From contig OZ024741.1 of the NCBI GenBank assembly GCA_964016885.1, positions 366,916,001 to 366,980,000 of the forward strand: DNA of 64,000 nucleotides, given 5' to 3'. A program made the translations under genes and the position numbers. Source of the DNA: Eledone cirrhosa (taxonomy: Eukaryota). The first letter of the stretch is position 1; every line of letters begins with the position of its first letter. The notes beneath the pieces were generated by a model. The model ran no database searches. It had not been told where the DNA came from and saw only the letters and a list, made by a program, of their open reading frames with translations. This document shows positions 1 to 12,783 of the stretch, one piece after another.

Positions 1-167
1 GCATCATAACCCTTTACAATCTGAGTTCAAATCCTGCCAAGGATAACTCTGCCTTTCATCTTTATGGGGTTGATGAAATAAAGCACTAGTAAAGTATTGG
101 GGTTGATTCAATCGACTTTCTCCTCCCCCCAAATTACTGGCCTTGTGCTTATAGTAGAAATCATTAT
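1..167 (+). mobile_element. SINE family 1 (tRNA-derived), 5'-truncated copy
   Basis: B-box GAGTTCAAATCC, then body GCCTTTCATC..GGGGTTGATGAAATAAAGCAC and tail GGCCTTGTGC..AGAAA..ATTAT. Matches the full-length copy at 27429-27645. Confidence 0.8.
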
Positions 168-1070
168 AGTTATTTGCACTGTGGCAAATATATTTTCAAA
201 TTATATAATCTCATCGTTATTCTTTCATTTGATTTCTATTTTACTTTGTTTAATATTTTCTTAAAAAACATAATTCTGTTTTGCTATAATTTAAGACGTT
301 TATAAATGCAATTAAAATTGTCTTGGTAATTATACTATTTCATGTGTAACAAGTGAGTTATTAAGTCTGGTATGATCTGAAGAATCTTGACATTAAGATC
401 AGGCTGGCGTTAGACCAAAAATTCTAAAGAAAATAAGAAAGCCACAATGTTTTTATCTCGTATAAACCCACCCACCTACACATTGCTTGTGGAGAGTCAT
501 GGGCATAGCCCCTTCTACCTTAGTATACCATTGAAACATACACACACACACACACATGCATACACACATGCATACACACATGCATACACACATTGTTGTT
601 GCACCTCAATTAGTTCTGACAATCAGTGTTCCGGTTGTTTAATCAACAGAAGAGCCAGCTCAAGAAATTAACATGCAAGTGACTGCACATATGTGTATGG
701 TAGGGAGGAGGGGTTGGATAAGTGTGTGGGTGTTGTTATTATTTAGTCATTGATTGAATTGAACTATGAAAGTAATGACTTTCCATATATGACCATCCTT
801 TTGCATATTGCTCAATGCTTCCTTTGTGTTTTATTTAAGATGACAGTAGGATGTGATTTGATGGTGATTTTGGTGTTTTTTTTCTAGCAGTTACCCCATA
901 TTTATGTGTATATGAGTATCAGTGAATATCAGTGATTATTAGGGAGCATCAGTGAGTGCCTGTGAGTGTGTTAGGGAAATATTCTCATGCAAATGCACAT
1001 TCTTATACTGTATCATTATATTGTACTTCAGTCATTTCAATATGACTTAATATTAAAAAAATAGATGGTA

Positions 1071-1116
<46 letters not shown>

Positions 1117-1201
1117 AAAAGGTAAACAGAAATAACAACACAATCGGCACAGTATATGGAAGGAATATATTAGGTTAACGCTTAAAATAGCAGGATGAGT
1201 G

Positions 1202-1236
1202 CCTTAACGTTTCGGACACTAATCCTTCATCAGAAG
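1202..1236 (-). ncRNA. minimal type I hammerhead ribozyme (Penelope-type)
   Basis: Minus strand reads CTT CTGATGA A GGA-ttagtg-TCC GAAA CGTTA^AGG. Both core boxes are present, with a 3-bp stem II, palindromic AACGTT in place of stem III, and a 3-bp stem I. Confidence 0.65.
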
Positions 1237-1315
1237 AAAGAATGCAAAATAAGATAGATTGAAGGGATGGGTGGGGTGGAATTGGAAAAATTGCCTTAGA
1301 TATATATATATATAT

Positions 1316-1470
1316 GGTTGGCGTTAGGAAGGGCTTCCTGCTGTAGAAAACCAGCCAGAAACACTCCTTTATGAGTGAGACATGGTCATCCGACCCAACT
1401 TGCCTCTAAATGGGACCCGTCTAACCCATGCTAGCATGGAAGATAGATGTTAATCGATGATGATGATGAT
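1316..1470 (+). mobile_element. RTE-tail SINE / RTE 3' UTR fragment
   Basis: GGTTGGCGTTAGGAAGGGC..GTAGAAA ... ACCCGTCTAACCCATGCTAGCATGGAA and a (GAT)n tail. Same as the 3' UTR at 43400-43563. Confidence 0.7.
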
Positions 1471-1552
1471 ATATGTTGGTTGTTTAAAAATCTGCCGACT
1501 TATTCTTTAACAGATGTGAAGCACTCCAAGATCTCATCTGGAGTTTTATTAC

Positions 1553-1769
1553 AGTAAATAAGAGAGACAGTTTTATTCATACATCCCTATTTTATTCGTT
1601 ATACATATTTCGAAGATGTAAGGTGGTTATATTATAACTGCCTTACACATTCTCTTCAAACAAACATGCAAACGAGATGTAAAATTCCATTGATATGTTA
1701 CCAGTTGGACGTGTTATTCACCTCGCCGACCGTAGGGATGTATGAATAAAACTGTCTCTCTTATTTACT
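1553..1769 (-). mobile_element. short insert with perfect 37-bp inverted ends enclosing a hammerhead (Penelope-like pLTR fragment)
   Basis: 1553-1589 is the exact reverse complement of 1733-1769. A (TA)n run follows. Confidence 0.65.
1594..1665 (-). ncRNA. type I hammerhead ribozyme candidate (C3U core variant, long stem II)
   Basis: Minus strand reads GTTTGT TTGAAGA GAA..TGTAAGGCAGTTATA a TATAACCACCTTACA..TTC GAAA TA tg TA TA^ACGAAT. Stem I has 6 bp with G-U pairs. Confidence 0.55.
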
Positions 1770-1952
1770 ATATATATATACAAATATTAAATATCAGAGA
1801 ACAACATCAGAATTTTGAATAATTACATTTACTGGATGACAAATTGTTTCGGAAAGCTAATCATTAATTTGTACGTTATCAAATTTACTATTGATGTTTG
1901 TACAGTAAAAATAACTGTTCGATTAGATTCCCTCTTCAGAGCCAAAAAGAAT

Positions 1953-2692
1953 GTTACACTTGGAATTCGCATCATCAGTCTGGAACCCCTATCTTGCTCA
2001 GAACATTGACCTCCTGGAAACTGTTCAGAGACGTGCAACCAAGCGCATACCCTCCATCAGACACCTACCATACTCTGAACGCCTTGCTTCCCTGGGCATG
2101 GATTCATTGAAGCTCTGACGTCTGGCAATGGACTTGGTAAATACCCACAAAGTTATTAACCATCTCGCCAATTGCAACCCTCAGCACCTTTTTGATCTCC
2201 ATGTGTCTAACACACGTGGACATGCCTACAAAATCAGAAAACAGCACAGCTCCCATGACTTTCGTAGACATTTTTTCACGCTCAGAGTTGCTGAAGCATG
2301 GAACAAACTGCCTGGTCAGTTGTTAGCTGCCGAGACACTGCATCCTTTAAGACGCTCATGCTTCCCGAAATACGCCAAAACTACACCTGATGTACCCCTT
2401 CCATACACATGCACACATGTGTGTATCATGACTCGTGCACTGTTCATTTTCCTGATGTTTGTGCATTGCCCTATGTACTGTACATGCACTTTTTGATGAG
2501 TTGTGGTGCACCTGGGCACTGTATACAATATTTCATTATTATTATTATTATTATTATTATATCATGACTCATACACTGTTCATTTTCCTGACATTTGTAC
2601 ATTATTCTACGTACTATACATGCACCTTTGATGAGTTGTAGTGCACCTGAGCGCTGTACACAATAATTTCATTATTATTATATATTATTATA
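1953..2692 (+). mobile_element. CR1-clade LINE 3' fragment with tandemly duplicated 3' UTR
   Basis: Translation LEFASSVWNPY..LETVQRRATK..YSERLASLG..TRGHAYKI..RRHFFTLRVAEAWNKLP matches the CR1 C-terminus. The 3' UTR plus (TTA)n tail occurs twice (about 2425-2560 and 2561-2692). In-frame stop at about 2116. Confidence 0.85.
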
Positions 2693-3021
2693 AGAATTCA
2701 AAAGGAAATCATGTCACTGAAAAAAAGGCTACAATAAACTCAATACTTGAATTAAAAGAGACCACATTCTTTTGCTGTGTTTATATATATATATATATTG
2801 GTAGTACAGATTAAAGTTTAAGCAAAGAATCGCTGTTTTCGTGCTTTTCCAGGATCTTCTGAAACTGAGAAAAATCAATCTGTAGATGCAGAAGTAAATA
2901 TTTCAAAAAACGTTACAACCGAATGAAAACAGGAAGACAATACATTGGTTCGTGAGGACATTTTCTGGCCATGAATGAAAAATATGCAAGGATAATTACA
3001 TCATTATGTGGTAAATATATA

Positions 3022-3390
3022 TATAGGTGCAAGCATGAGTAAAAGGTTTGCTTCACAACCACATAGTTTGGGTTCTATCCCATTGTGTGACACCTTGGGG
3101 AAATGTCTTCTACAATAACCTCATATTGACCAATGTCTTGTGAGTTAAATTTGGTAGACAGAATCTGTAGAAGCTCATCATGTAGGTATATATATGAATG
3201 TGTGTACTTGTGTTCATGTATGTTTCTGTCTTTATACTTTGTAACATAGGAGTTTGGCAAAAAGAGCTCAATTAAATAAGACTTTAAAGAAAAAATAAGT
3301 ACTGCGGTCAATATGATTGACAGGATCATTTCGAGATGGTATCCCAGTATGGCCGTAGTCTAATAAATGAAACCAGTAAAAGAATTTAAA
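3022..3390 (+). mobile_element. SINE family 2 (tRNA-derived; octopus-type) with tail module
   Basis: Head GGTTCTATCCCA..CACCTTGGGGAAATGTCTTCTACAATA. Related copies at 52492-52655 and 15430-15580(-); tail module also at 53940-54085. Confidence 0.65.
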
Positions 3391-3654
3391 AAATATTGCA
3401 TTTTGGGATGGTCACACTGCCAATCAAAACATCTACTAGTAAATTTTCATTTCAGTTTTAATAATCAGGTAATTAATTCATCAATCAGTTAGTAATCAAA
3501 TAATTAATTAATTGTCAAATTTCTTTGATCACAGCCTGTAACCTTATCAATGACTATTGCCCTCTGTGTCACTTCTTCATCCACACTTACTCCATCTTTT
3601 TTCTCAATTAATGAATTTCCTTATTATCATTGTCTGTCATACAACTGTCTACTG

Positions 3655-4290
3655 AACATTATTCGGTAGAGAGTCGGATGCCATGCTTTGACGCATAGAG
3701 TTACGGCCCTTTATGGTCTGAGTTCAAATCCCGTCGAGGTTAACTTTGCCTTTCATCCTTACGGGGTCGATAAAATAAAGTACCAGTAATGCACTGGGTA
3801 ATTGCTGGCCTTGTGCCAAAATTAGAAACAATTATATTTGTGGATTAGCAGTATCGGTAGAGGGTCAGATGCCATATTTTGCAGCATAGAGTTACGGCCC
3901 TTTACGTTCTGAGTTCAAATCCTGTCGAGGTTAACTTTGCCTTTCATTCTTACAGGGGTCGATAAAATAAAGCACCAGTAATGCATTGGGGTAATTCTGG
4001 CCTTGTGCCAAAAGTAGAAACAATTATATTTCTTAACCTTTTAAAATAGGTTTTTTTTAGTTTTTGTCTCAGGACCAGAGACAGTTTTCATCAAGGGCAG
4101 TGGATTGGCAGTATTGGTAGAGTGTCAGACATCATGCTTTGCAGCATAGAGTTATGGCCCTTTACGTTCTGAATTCAAATCCTACTGAGGTTAACTTTGC
4201 CTTGCATCCATGCAGGGCTGATAAAAGAAAGCACCAGTAATGTACTGGGGTAATTGCTGACCTTGTGCTAAAAGTAGAAGTAATTATATT
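3655..4290 (+). mobile_element. three tandem copies of SINE family 1
   Basis: Units at about 3655-3835, 3840-4028 and 4096-4290. Each has GGTAGAG..GA(G/A)TTCAAATCC..GCCTT(T/G)CAT..GATAAAA(T/G)AAAG(C/T)ACCAGTAATG..CCTTGTGC. Confidence 0.85.
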
Positions 4291-4375
4291 TCTCAACCCT
4301 TTTGATACTAACTTGATGAAAACTGCCCCTGGTCCTGAGATAAAAACTAAACAAACTCCTATTTTAAAGGGCTTC

Positions 4376-5818
4376 TCATCATCATCATCATCATCGTTTA
4401 ACGTCCGTGTTCCACGCTTGCATGGGTTTGGACGGGGGTTTTCCCACTTGAGGCAAGAGTGGTTGTCTTGCTCGCATAGGACTGTCTGGCGGGTTTTCTA
4501 CAGCTGGATGCCCTTCCTAACACCAACCACATTTACAGTGTGGGGCTGGGAGGTTTTTACCGTGTTGCCTACACGGCCACATTACAGCGTGGACTGTCTG
4601 GCGGGTTTTCTACAGCTGGATGCCCTTCCTAACACCAACCACATTTACAGTGTGGGACTGGGAGGTTTTTACCGTGTTGCCTACACGGCCACATTACAGC
4701 GTGGACTGTCTGGCGGGTTTTCTACAGCTGGATGCCCTTCCTAACACCAACCACATTTACAGTGTGGGACTGGGAGGTTTTTACCGTGTTGCCTACACGG
4801 CCACATTACAGCGTGGACTGTGTGTTTTTTTGTCGTGACACCTACACGATCTCATTTGTTTTGGCCTGGATGTTGTGGCACCAACATAACTTTGCATTGA
4901 AGGGGTGGGGTGGGGGTGGGTGTATTTTGTTAGAGATGCCTACTGGCTGTAGTAGGTTTTACTTTGTATTTAGGTAAGGCGGGTCTTCTCTATTACTGAG
5001 TACCGCCAAAGGTCTCGGTCCAGTGACATTGTCTTGGAGAGGTGTAAGTGTGTGAGGTCGGAATTTATCAGCTCGTCCCAGGATTTCCTGGGTCTGCCTA
5101 CTCCGTGGCTACCATCTATCTTTATTGCCCTGCACTTTGTTATACAGCTGTCGTCTTTCATGCGCATCACGTGACCATACCAATGTAGCCTTCTCTCGAG
5201 TAAACAACATCTGATCCCTCTTATTTCTAATTTTTTCCTTAGTTCGTTTATGCTTTGCCATTCACGTATATTACTATTACACATCCAGCGGAGCATGCAA
5301 GCTTCGTTCCTCTCTAGTCTGCGTATATCCTCTGCACACAATGCCCAGGTCTCACTGCCATGCAACATTGCTGTTCGTATGCAGGCATCATACAACCTGC
5401 CTTTCATTTTTAGGGAGAACCCTTTAGCGGCTAATAGTGGTATAAGCTCTCTGAACTTTTTCCATCCAGTTCTGACTCTAGCTACTGTACTTTCAGAGCA
5501 CCCTCCCCCACTGCTGATTTTGTCACCCAGGTAACGGAAGCTGTCCACTATTTCTATAGAACCCTCTGCGCAATTGAAAGAGTTAGTATTTTGTGGGCAC
5601 TTGCTGCTACTTATTGCACCAGAGCACCGGCCACATGTAAAATCTGTGTTCTTAGTTAGCTTACCTGTGATCCTACTACATCTTTTATGCACCCATACTT
5701 TGCATTTGGGACATAAAATGGAGTTTCTACCTACGCCTTTCCTACACACTGAGCATGGCCATTTCCCGGAGGAGACCGGCGCCTTATTTTCTTTCCTACA
5801 AACTAGAACTTTAGTCTT
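4376..5818 (-). mobile_element. RTE-clade LINE (PHD-like zinc finger family), 5'-truncated
   Basis: ORF 4970-5749 contains CSVCRKGVGRNSILCPKCKVWVHKRC, FRYLG, MLHGSETWAL, RLHWYGHVMR and GRPRKSW. 3' UTR ends in (GAT)n at about 4376-4394. Confidence 0.9.
4479..4820. repeat. 3 x 112-bp tandem repeat inside the RTE 3' UTR
   Basis: GGACTGTCTGGCGGGTTTTCTACAGCTGG starts at 4479, 4591 and 4703. The copy at 29745-29860 has only one unit. Confidence 0.95.
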
Positions 5819-6314
5819 CTATTTAAAATAAAACCTCCAAGCATTATATATATGTTAGAAATGAAATAATAGATCATTTTAGTAACCCCACTCAAAGTTT
5901 TATATTAATCTATTAAAAAGTGTATTTCTTTAGAAATACGGTCACAAAGAGGTTAATACTTGCAGTAACAGCTCATTGCACTAAGTAAGCTTCTTTCCCT
6001 CATACTTACCTAATTTTGTGCATGGTGAATGCCTACTAACACTGGCATTTAAAATACACCAATTCTTTCAGTTTACTACTCCCTCTTCTCTCCACCCCAC
6101 CTGTCTACCCCTCTATTTTCTATATATCTTTCATCACATGACACTATCAACTATCAGAAACAACATAATTTCATACCTTGGATCCCACTCCATCCCACCT
6201 TAATTTAGCTGCTTACAACATTGACCTTTTTATTATTGTTATTATTATTATTGCGGTTTGTTTTTCTTTGTTTTTTAGGGCAGGGATATATGGGTTATAT
6301 ATATATATATATAT

Positions 6315-6478
6315 CATCATTTCATTTTACGTCCGCTTTTACCTGCTTGCAAGGGTGGGACGGGAACTGATTCTGGCTTGATTTCTACAGCTGGATGCCC
6401 TTCCTAACACCAACCTCATTTACAGTGAGTGCTGGGTGCTTTTTGCTGTGGCACCTCCACGACCACTTTGCAGTGGAA
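6315..6478 (-). mobile_element. RTE 3' UTR / RTE-tail SINE fragment
   Basis: Reverse complement of 43300-43460 (CTACAGCTGGATGCCCTTCCTAACACCAACC). Confidence 0.75.
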
Positions 6479-6504
6479 TGATAGGGACCCCAGTCCCTAT
6501 CATC

Positions 6505-6999
<495 letters not shown>

Positions 7000-8614
7000 C
7001 ATACACACACACACACATAGATATATATATATATATACACACAAACACACACATATATATATATATACATACATACATACATATATATATGTGTTTTTTC
7101 AATGTACGTTTTGCATTTCCATTTGCACACTCATTGAACTGTGATCATCATCAGCATCATCATCATCATCATCTATCACAAACATCATCATCTATCCTCC
7201 TTATTAACAGCAGTAGCAGCAGCAACTGTATAGCAACATCACAAGTCAATGAGGGAACCTATATATGATCACTCAACCATAACATCAGCCATACAGGTAA
7301 CAAATTGACAGACACATTAGATCATTGGGCAGTATTTCTTTTGACTTCTTATATATTAAGTTCTAAGCCATTCAAGTTCAACTTTGCTTTTCATCCTTCC
7401 AGAGTTCATACATAAGATTCAAGTCTAAAATGCAGGGGGAATCATTAGAGCATTGGATGGGACGCCTAGTAGTATTTGTACCAGCTCTTTACATTCTGAG
7501 CCCCCCCCCCTTCCTTCTTAACCTACTTGGGTACTAAATTGCCTGAAACCAACCCTGTTTCGACAATTCAAATCAATTTATTTTTAAATGTTTATGTTTA
7601 TCTAAAAAGCCTTTCATCATAATTCTATGAAAGAATCTTTTATTAAGTTATGCTCTCAACATCAGCCATCACCTTAATAATGAGAAAACTCTTGATTAAG
7701 TTATTCGAAAAATCATAGATAGTATCTTACATTACTAATATTTTAACAGCACTGTCTGTCTTTTTAGTGTCTTTAGAAGAATCCGTGCTGTTGCAAGTAT
7801 TCAAACTAGATCCTTGGTTTGAGGATACATTCCTCCTTCTTTTCTACTACTATTGGAGTACCCTGAAAAAGGGACATGGGTTATGGGCACTGTTCCTCCT
7901 TCCAGACAAAGCCATGAAAACAGTTAGTTGTTAAAATCATATGAAATGAGATCATGGTAATTTTCTTTGTTCTCTATTTGTCAGATGACATTTAACTCAT
8001 ACATATGCAGAGAGGGGGTGGGCACCAGCTACGGCTGTAGCAATTCATTTGTGCGCTCTGCTGAGCTTTTTAGTTTTATCCCTTTGACAAGGAGAACTCT
8101 ATTTTTACAAAAAGTATTTAATATCCTTACTGTGGCAAAATTCAATAAATGTTCTCAACTTTAGAGACATAAGGTTGTTATCAGAACAATATTCTAATAA
8201 AAGGTATTTGATGTCGCTGTGTAAAGTGGTTGTGCAGGTATTGCAAAAACAATGCAGCCAGTAAACACTCTCAAGTGGTTATGTTAGGAAGGGCATCCAG
8301 CCATAGAAACTGTACCAAATATGTAATGGATGAGCAAGATGAGGTTGCTCCGATATGTTTGGTCTTGGACTGCAACAACCTGTCCAAAACATACCAGTGT
8401 GGAAAGTGGATATAAAATGAAGATGGTTAGATTTTTTTTAATTTAATACCTATATGTATAACTTTTCAATTCCAATTGCTTGCGGCAGCCAATTTGATAT
8501 GTAACATTGGGTGTTTGGTGTGTATTCTAAATTTTTTGTGTATGAGGCATCCCCACCCCCAAACCCAAAGTGCCCCAGGTCCCAAAAATTCTAAGTCTGG
8601 CCCTGCTGGTGCCA

Positions 8615-8880
8615 TGACAAAAAGCACCCAGTCCACCATGTAAAGGGGTTGTCACAATAAACTACTCCCAGTACACTCTGCAAAGTGGCTGGTGTTAAGA
8701 AGGGCATCCAGCCGTAGAAACTATGCTCCCGATACACACTGTAAAATGGTTGGCATTAGGAAGAGCATCCAGCCGTTGAAACCAAGCCAAAACAAAGTCT
8801 ATGAGTAGGACCTAGTCACCTGATCGGTCTAGCCTCAGCAGCCAACAGTCATCTAACCATGCAAGCATGGAAAATAGATG
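8615..8880 (+). mobile_element. RTE-tail SINE with internal tandem duplication
   Basis: Two to three repeats of CCCAGTACACTCTG..GTTAGGAAGGGCATCCAGCCGTAGAAAC, then CTAACCATGCAAGCATGGAAA. Confidence 0.6.
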
Positions 8881-8920
8881 CTAATTTATGAGAATTTGAT
8901 ATGTAGGGAGAAATTTTTAC

Positions 8921-9071
8921 CATGTGTTACATCCAGGTGTCTGTGTGTGTTTATATTAAGGACAAAATGAAAACACACATGCACATAGAACAAACAACCA
9001 ACCAGTAACATGTAAATAAACAAATAAATAAACAAATATAAACACACACAGACACCCGGATGTAACACATG
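8921..9071. repeat. 37-bp inverted repeat (1 mismatch) upstream of a hammerhead
   Basis: CATGTGTTACATCCAGGTGTCTGTGTGTGTTTATATT (8921-8957) versus 9035-9071. Confidence 0.9.
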
Positions 9072-9158
9072 CGCAAACTAAGCACACAACACACACAAAA
9101 ACAAGATGGCGTAGGACAGAACAAAGGAGAGGCACAAAAACGAAGGAAAGAATCCCCA

Positions 9159-9201
9159 GTCACTGAAGAGGTCACAGAATGTGTGACGAAAGAACTTTGA
9201 C
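9159..9201 (+). ncRNA. minimal type I hammerhead ribozyme candidate
   Basis: GTCA CTGAAGA G GTCACA-gaatg-TGTGAC GAAA G aa C TT^TGAC. Stem I is GTCA/TGAC, stem II has 6 bp, and stem III is minimal. Confidence 0.6.
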
Positions 9202-9397
9202 AATATATGAACAATCATCTGGTTGTGGAACCAACCAACCAACCAACCAGAAATTTATAAATTTATTATAATAAATTGAAGTGAAAACAACTGGTGCGTG
9301 TGTTTCTTATTGGCAACATGACCCTCCCAAAGTATAACAATATCGGTTTCAACACACGTTTTCAGATAAAGAATCTTGCTAAACAAATTCAGAAACG

Positions 9398-9444
<47 letters not shown>

Positions 9445-9447
<3 letters not shown>

Positions 9448-9573
9448 AAAGAAGTGTGGTTAGGAACCAGGTGGACCATAACACACCAGAGTACTCGATA
9501 CTTTGGGTAGTAGAGTGAGTTCAGAACTAGCTGTCGAAACAGCCGAAGCTCAGGGTCCTGATTCTTTTCCCAT
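9445..9573 (-). mobile_element. fold-back half-hammerhead element, copy with one arm deleted
   Basis: Shares GTGTGGT..ACCAGGTGGACCATAA..CACCAGAGTA and GCTGTCGAAACAGCC..GGGTCCTGA.TCTTTTC with 43912-44099 and 19815-20012. Flanked by (TA)n. Confidence 0.7.
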
Positions 9574-9825
9574 ATATACAGTATATATACTCATCATCAT
9601 TTTATCATCATTTTACGTCCGCCTTTCCCTGCTTGCATATTAACATATTAACCAACAAAATATAATTATTTCATTCCCAAAGGTTTCAAGAAACTAGATG
9701 ATTCTTGCAAGAACATCCAGTTCGTTTGTCAGACAAAATAATTATCATATAAGAATTATTAAATAGCTCTATACAATACATAAAGCACTCTTTTTTTTCC
9801 TTCACCTTTTCTACGGAAAAACTTA

Positions 9826-9872
<47 letters not shown>

Positions 9873-10252
9873 ATGGGTTTCTATATAATTTCCATTTCCT
9901 TAATTTCCTTCACAAAGCATTGGTCAAGCCTAGGTTATGCTACAAGACACTTACTTGCCAAAGGTGTTGATAATGATGATGCTAATGACCTTTAGAACTA
10001 CATTAAAATTTCTTACCAGCAATGTAACAATATTACGCAGTACAATAGATTGTATTAGTGAACCAAACAAAGTGACATTTTCATATAATGGAAAGCTTCA
10101 CTCTGAAAGTTCACTCTGTGTGTGTATGTTATAATAACTTATAGTTTGATTTGACTGAAACAATGATCATAAATAATCTGGTCCTTCAGAAAGAAATGCA
10201 ACAAAATATTGACTGATGACTAATATAATATCTCTCTATTGAAGATTTAGTG

Positions 10253-10530
10253 AAGGCACGTGGCTTAGTGGTTACAGAGTTGGATTTGTAATCGTGAGGT
10301 TGTGAGTTCAATTGTCGGACCGGGTGATGGGTTGTGTCTTTGGGCAAGACACTTTATTTCACATTGCTCCTTCTGCCAGAAGTTGCAACTGGTAGATAGT
10401 ATCAGCAATGGGAAGACCAATGGAAACATTGTTTCCTTGGTCCGATTTGACGAGGTCCACCCCACTCGGCAAGTGAATGAGGTCTGGAATCTTGTCAATC
10501 GATCAGAGCGATTGAACATTTGTTATTTAT
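10253..10530 (+). mobile_element. SINE family 3, full-length-like
   Basis: A box TGGCTTAGTGG, B box GAGTTCAATTG and TGTGTCTTTGGGCAAGACACTTT. Body shared with 11680-11890. Confidence 0.8.
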
Positions 10531-11679
10531 TTATCTACTAGTAAACCCATTTCATCAAATATTGTATGATTTTAATTTTTGGAGTCCAAGATTGGTATGC
10601 CATATATACCAGGATTACTAGATATATGAACAATCATACAATTTGGAAAATTTGCATATTGATAAAATAATGGTTTGATTAAGAGAAACCCTATAGTTTA
10701 AGTTGATTACTAACATGGAAGTGATTAAAGATAATAATGATAATTTTTATTAGGATTAAATGTATGAATAACTTTGGAGAAATAACTATTTACAAAAACA
10801 AATGTAGGGTTAGAATGCAGGACCTTGTGATGGAAAGCAAATCTTTTATTATAGATAGGAAATCCATTGTGTGTATATGTGTATATGTGCATATATGTTT
10901 GTGTGTGTATGTGCATGTATATTTGTGTGTGTGTGTGCATGTATATTTGTGTGTGTATATATATATACAAATAAATGTACAAACACACATGTTATATAAT
11001 TATGGTTGACAGACTTGATATTTGATATGTTTTTACTTACACATACACACAGGCATGCATGCAGTCGCACACATACAAGCATATACACACCCACACAAGC
11101 ACACTTTTGGTGTTGTTAGATCCCCATTGGTTCTAACGAGTGTTCAAGTTGTGTGATCAAGTAACTGAACTGGAGCAATGTAAAATAAAGTTTCTTGATC
11201 AAGGACACAACACACCACCAGGAATCAAGCTCACAACATCACACTTTAACTACTAAGCCATGTGCCTTCACAACGCATACACATATATATACACTCACAT
11301 GCATGCACACATTCAAGCATACATGCATGCATACACAGATATACACATGCAGGCACAGATATACACATGCAGGCACAGATATACACATCTCAAATATATA
11401 AACATACAGAGAGAAACACATCATCATCATCACCATTTTACATCCATTCTTCCACGCTAGCATGGGTTAGACGAGTTGTCCTATTGTGGACAATACCAGG
11501 TCAGGTGACCATGTCTTGCTCATACAGATATAAAATACTTATGTATGTGTTTGGGTGTGTATGTTTGAGTATGTATGTGTTTACAGGTATGTCTATGTAA
11601 AAAATATTTGTGGCTGAATTGGTTAAGCATTGGACAAAATGTATTGTGAGATTTAATTACAGACCTTTATGATCTTAGT

Positions 11680-11890
11680 GAGGTTGCAAGTTTGATTCTT
11701 GGACTGAGCAATGTGTTATGTCCTTGAGCAAGACACTTTATTTCACATTGCTCTTTCTGCCATGAGTTGCAACCGGTGGATAGTATTAGCAATGGAAAGA
11801 CCAATGGAAACACTGTTTCCTTGGTCCAATTTAATTAGTTCCACCCCCACTTGGTAAATGAATGAGGTCAGGGATCTTGTCAATTGTTCA
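11680..11890 (+). mobile_element. SINE family 3 copy
   Basis: Colinear with 10297-10505. Confidence 0.75.
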
Positions 11891-12603
11891 AAAAATGATC
11901 TTAACTTACTTTGATAATGTTGATAGGTTTTGGCCAGTATTGGTTCAGGCCATGTCTAACTTAATAGCACCACCTGGTTTAATTCCTGCTAAAGTTGACT
12001 TCGCCTTTTGTGGAAAAAAGTGCACACAGTATATTTAGTTGTTGTTCAGCCCTAGATCAACCTCTATCTAGCAGACCTATAATCAAAGGTACTTCATCTG
12101 TGACCACCTTGATTTTTTAGAGTTATGTAGGAGGATTACATGATCCAATGTGTTATTTTTTTATACCAAACCATCAGAAACTACCCCCGATTCTATGATA
12201 CTAAGTGCTGTTTATTTCAAAGTGTTTATATTTATCTAAAAACCATCCAACATAATTTTATGTAAGAATCGTTGTTATGTTATTTCCTAAACACCAACTC
12301 AATATTAAGAGGTATGTTAATTTCTGTTAGAAATATAATGAAAGGGTTAAAGCATACAACAATCTTATTGTGCAAATACTAAATAATAATTCTGAAAATC
12401 ATGACATATTTATCTATTGTCTATGACATTGTAGGGTATCATGACAACCAAATTGACTAACACTTCACTACATGATCACTTGACCTGTCAGTAATAGCAG
12501 CCAAATTTTCATCAGTTCACACCCAACAGTCTGAAAAAAATAGGGGACATTGCATAGTTGTAAACCTAGACACAACACGATCAGGGCTGACCTGGAGCTA
12601 AAT

Positions 12604-12783
12604 AATTGTTTCTACTTTTGGCACAAGGCCAGCAATTATTCCAGTGCATTACTAGTACTTTATTTTATCGACCCCGTAAGGATGAAAGGCAAAGTTAACC
12701 TCGGCGGGATTTGAACTCAGATCATAAAGGGAGGTAACTCTATGCTTCAAAGCATGGCGTCCGACCCTTACCGATACTGCCAA
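12604..12783 (-). mobile_element. SINE family 1
   Basis: Reverse complement of 3655-3835. Confidence 0.85.

Noticed and set aside
372-415. CTGAAGA followed by hairpin ATCTT/AAGAT
   Set aside because: No GAAA box or stem III follows, so it is not called a hammerhead.
2820-2870. CAGAAGA...GAAA..TC motif on the minus strand between TA runs
   Set aside because: Core mismatch and no consistent stems.
7730-7862. Possible minus-strand exon (ttttcag acceptor, gtaag donor)
   Set aside because: All three frames from that acceptor contain stops, and no partner exons or recognisable domain were found.
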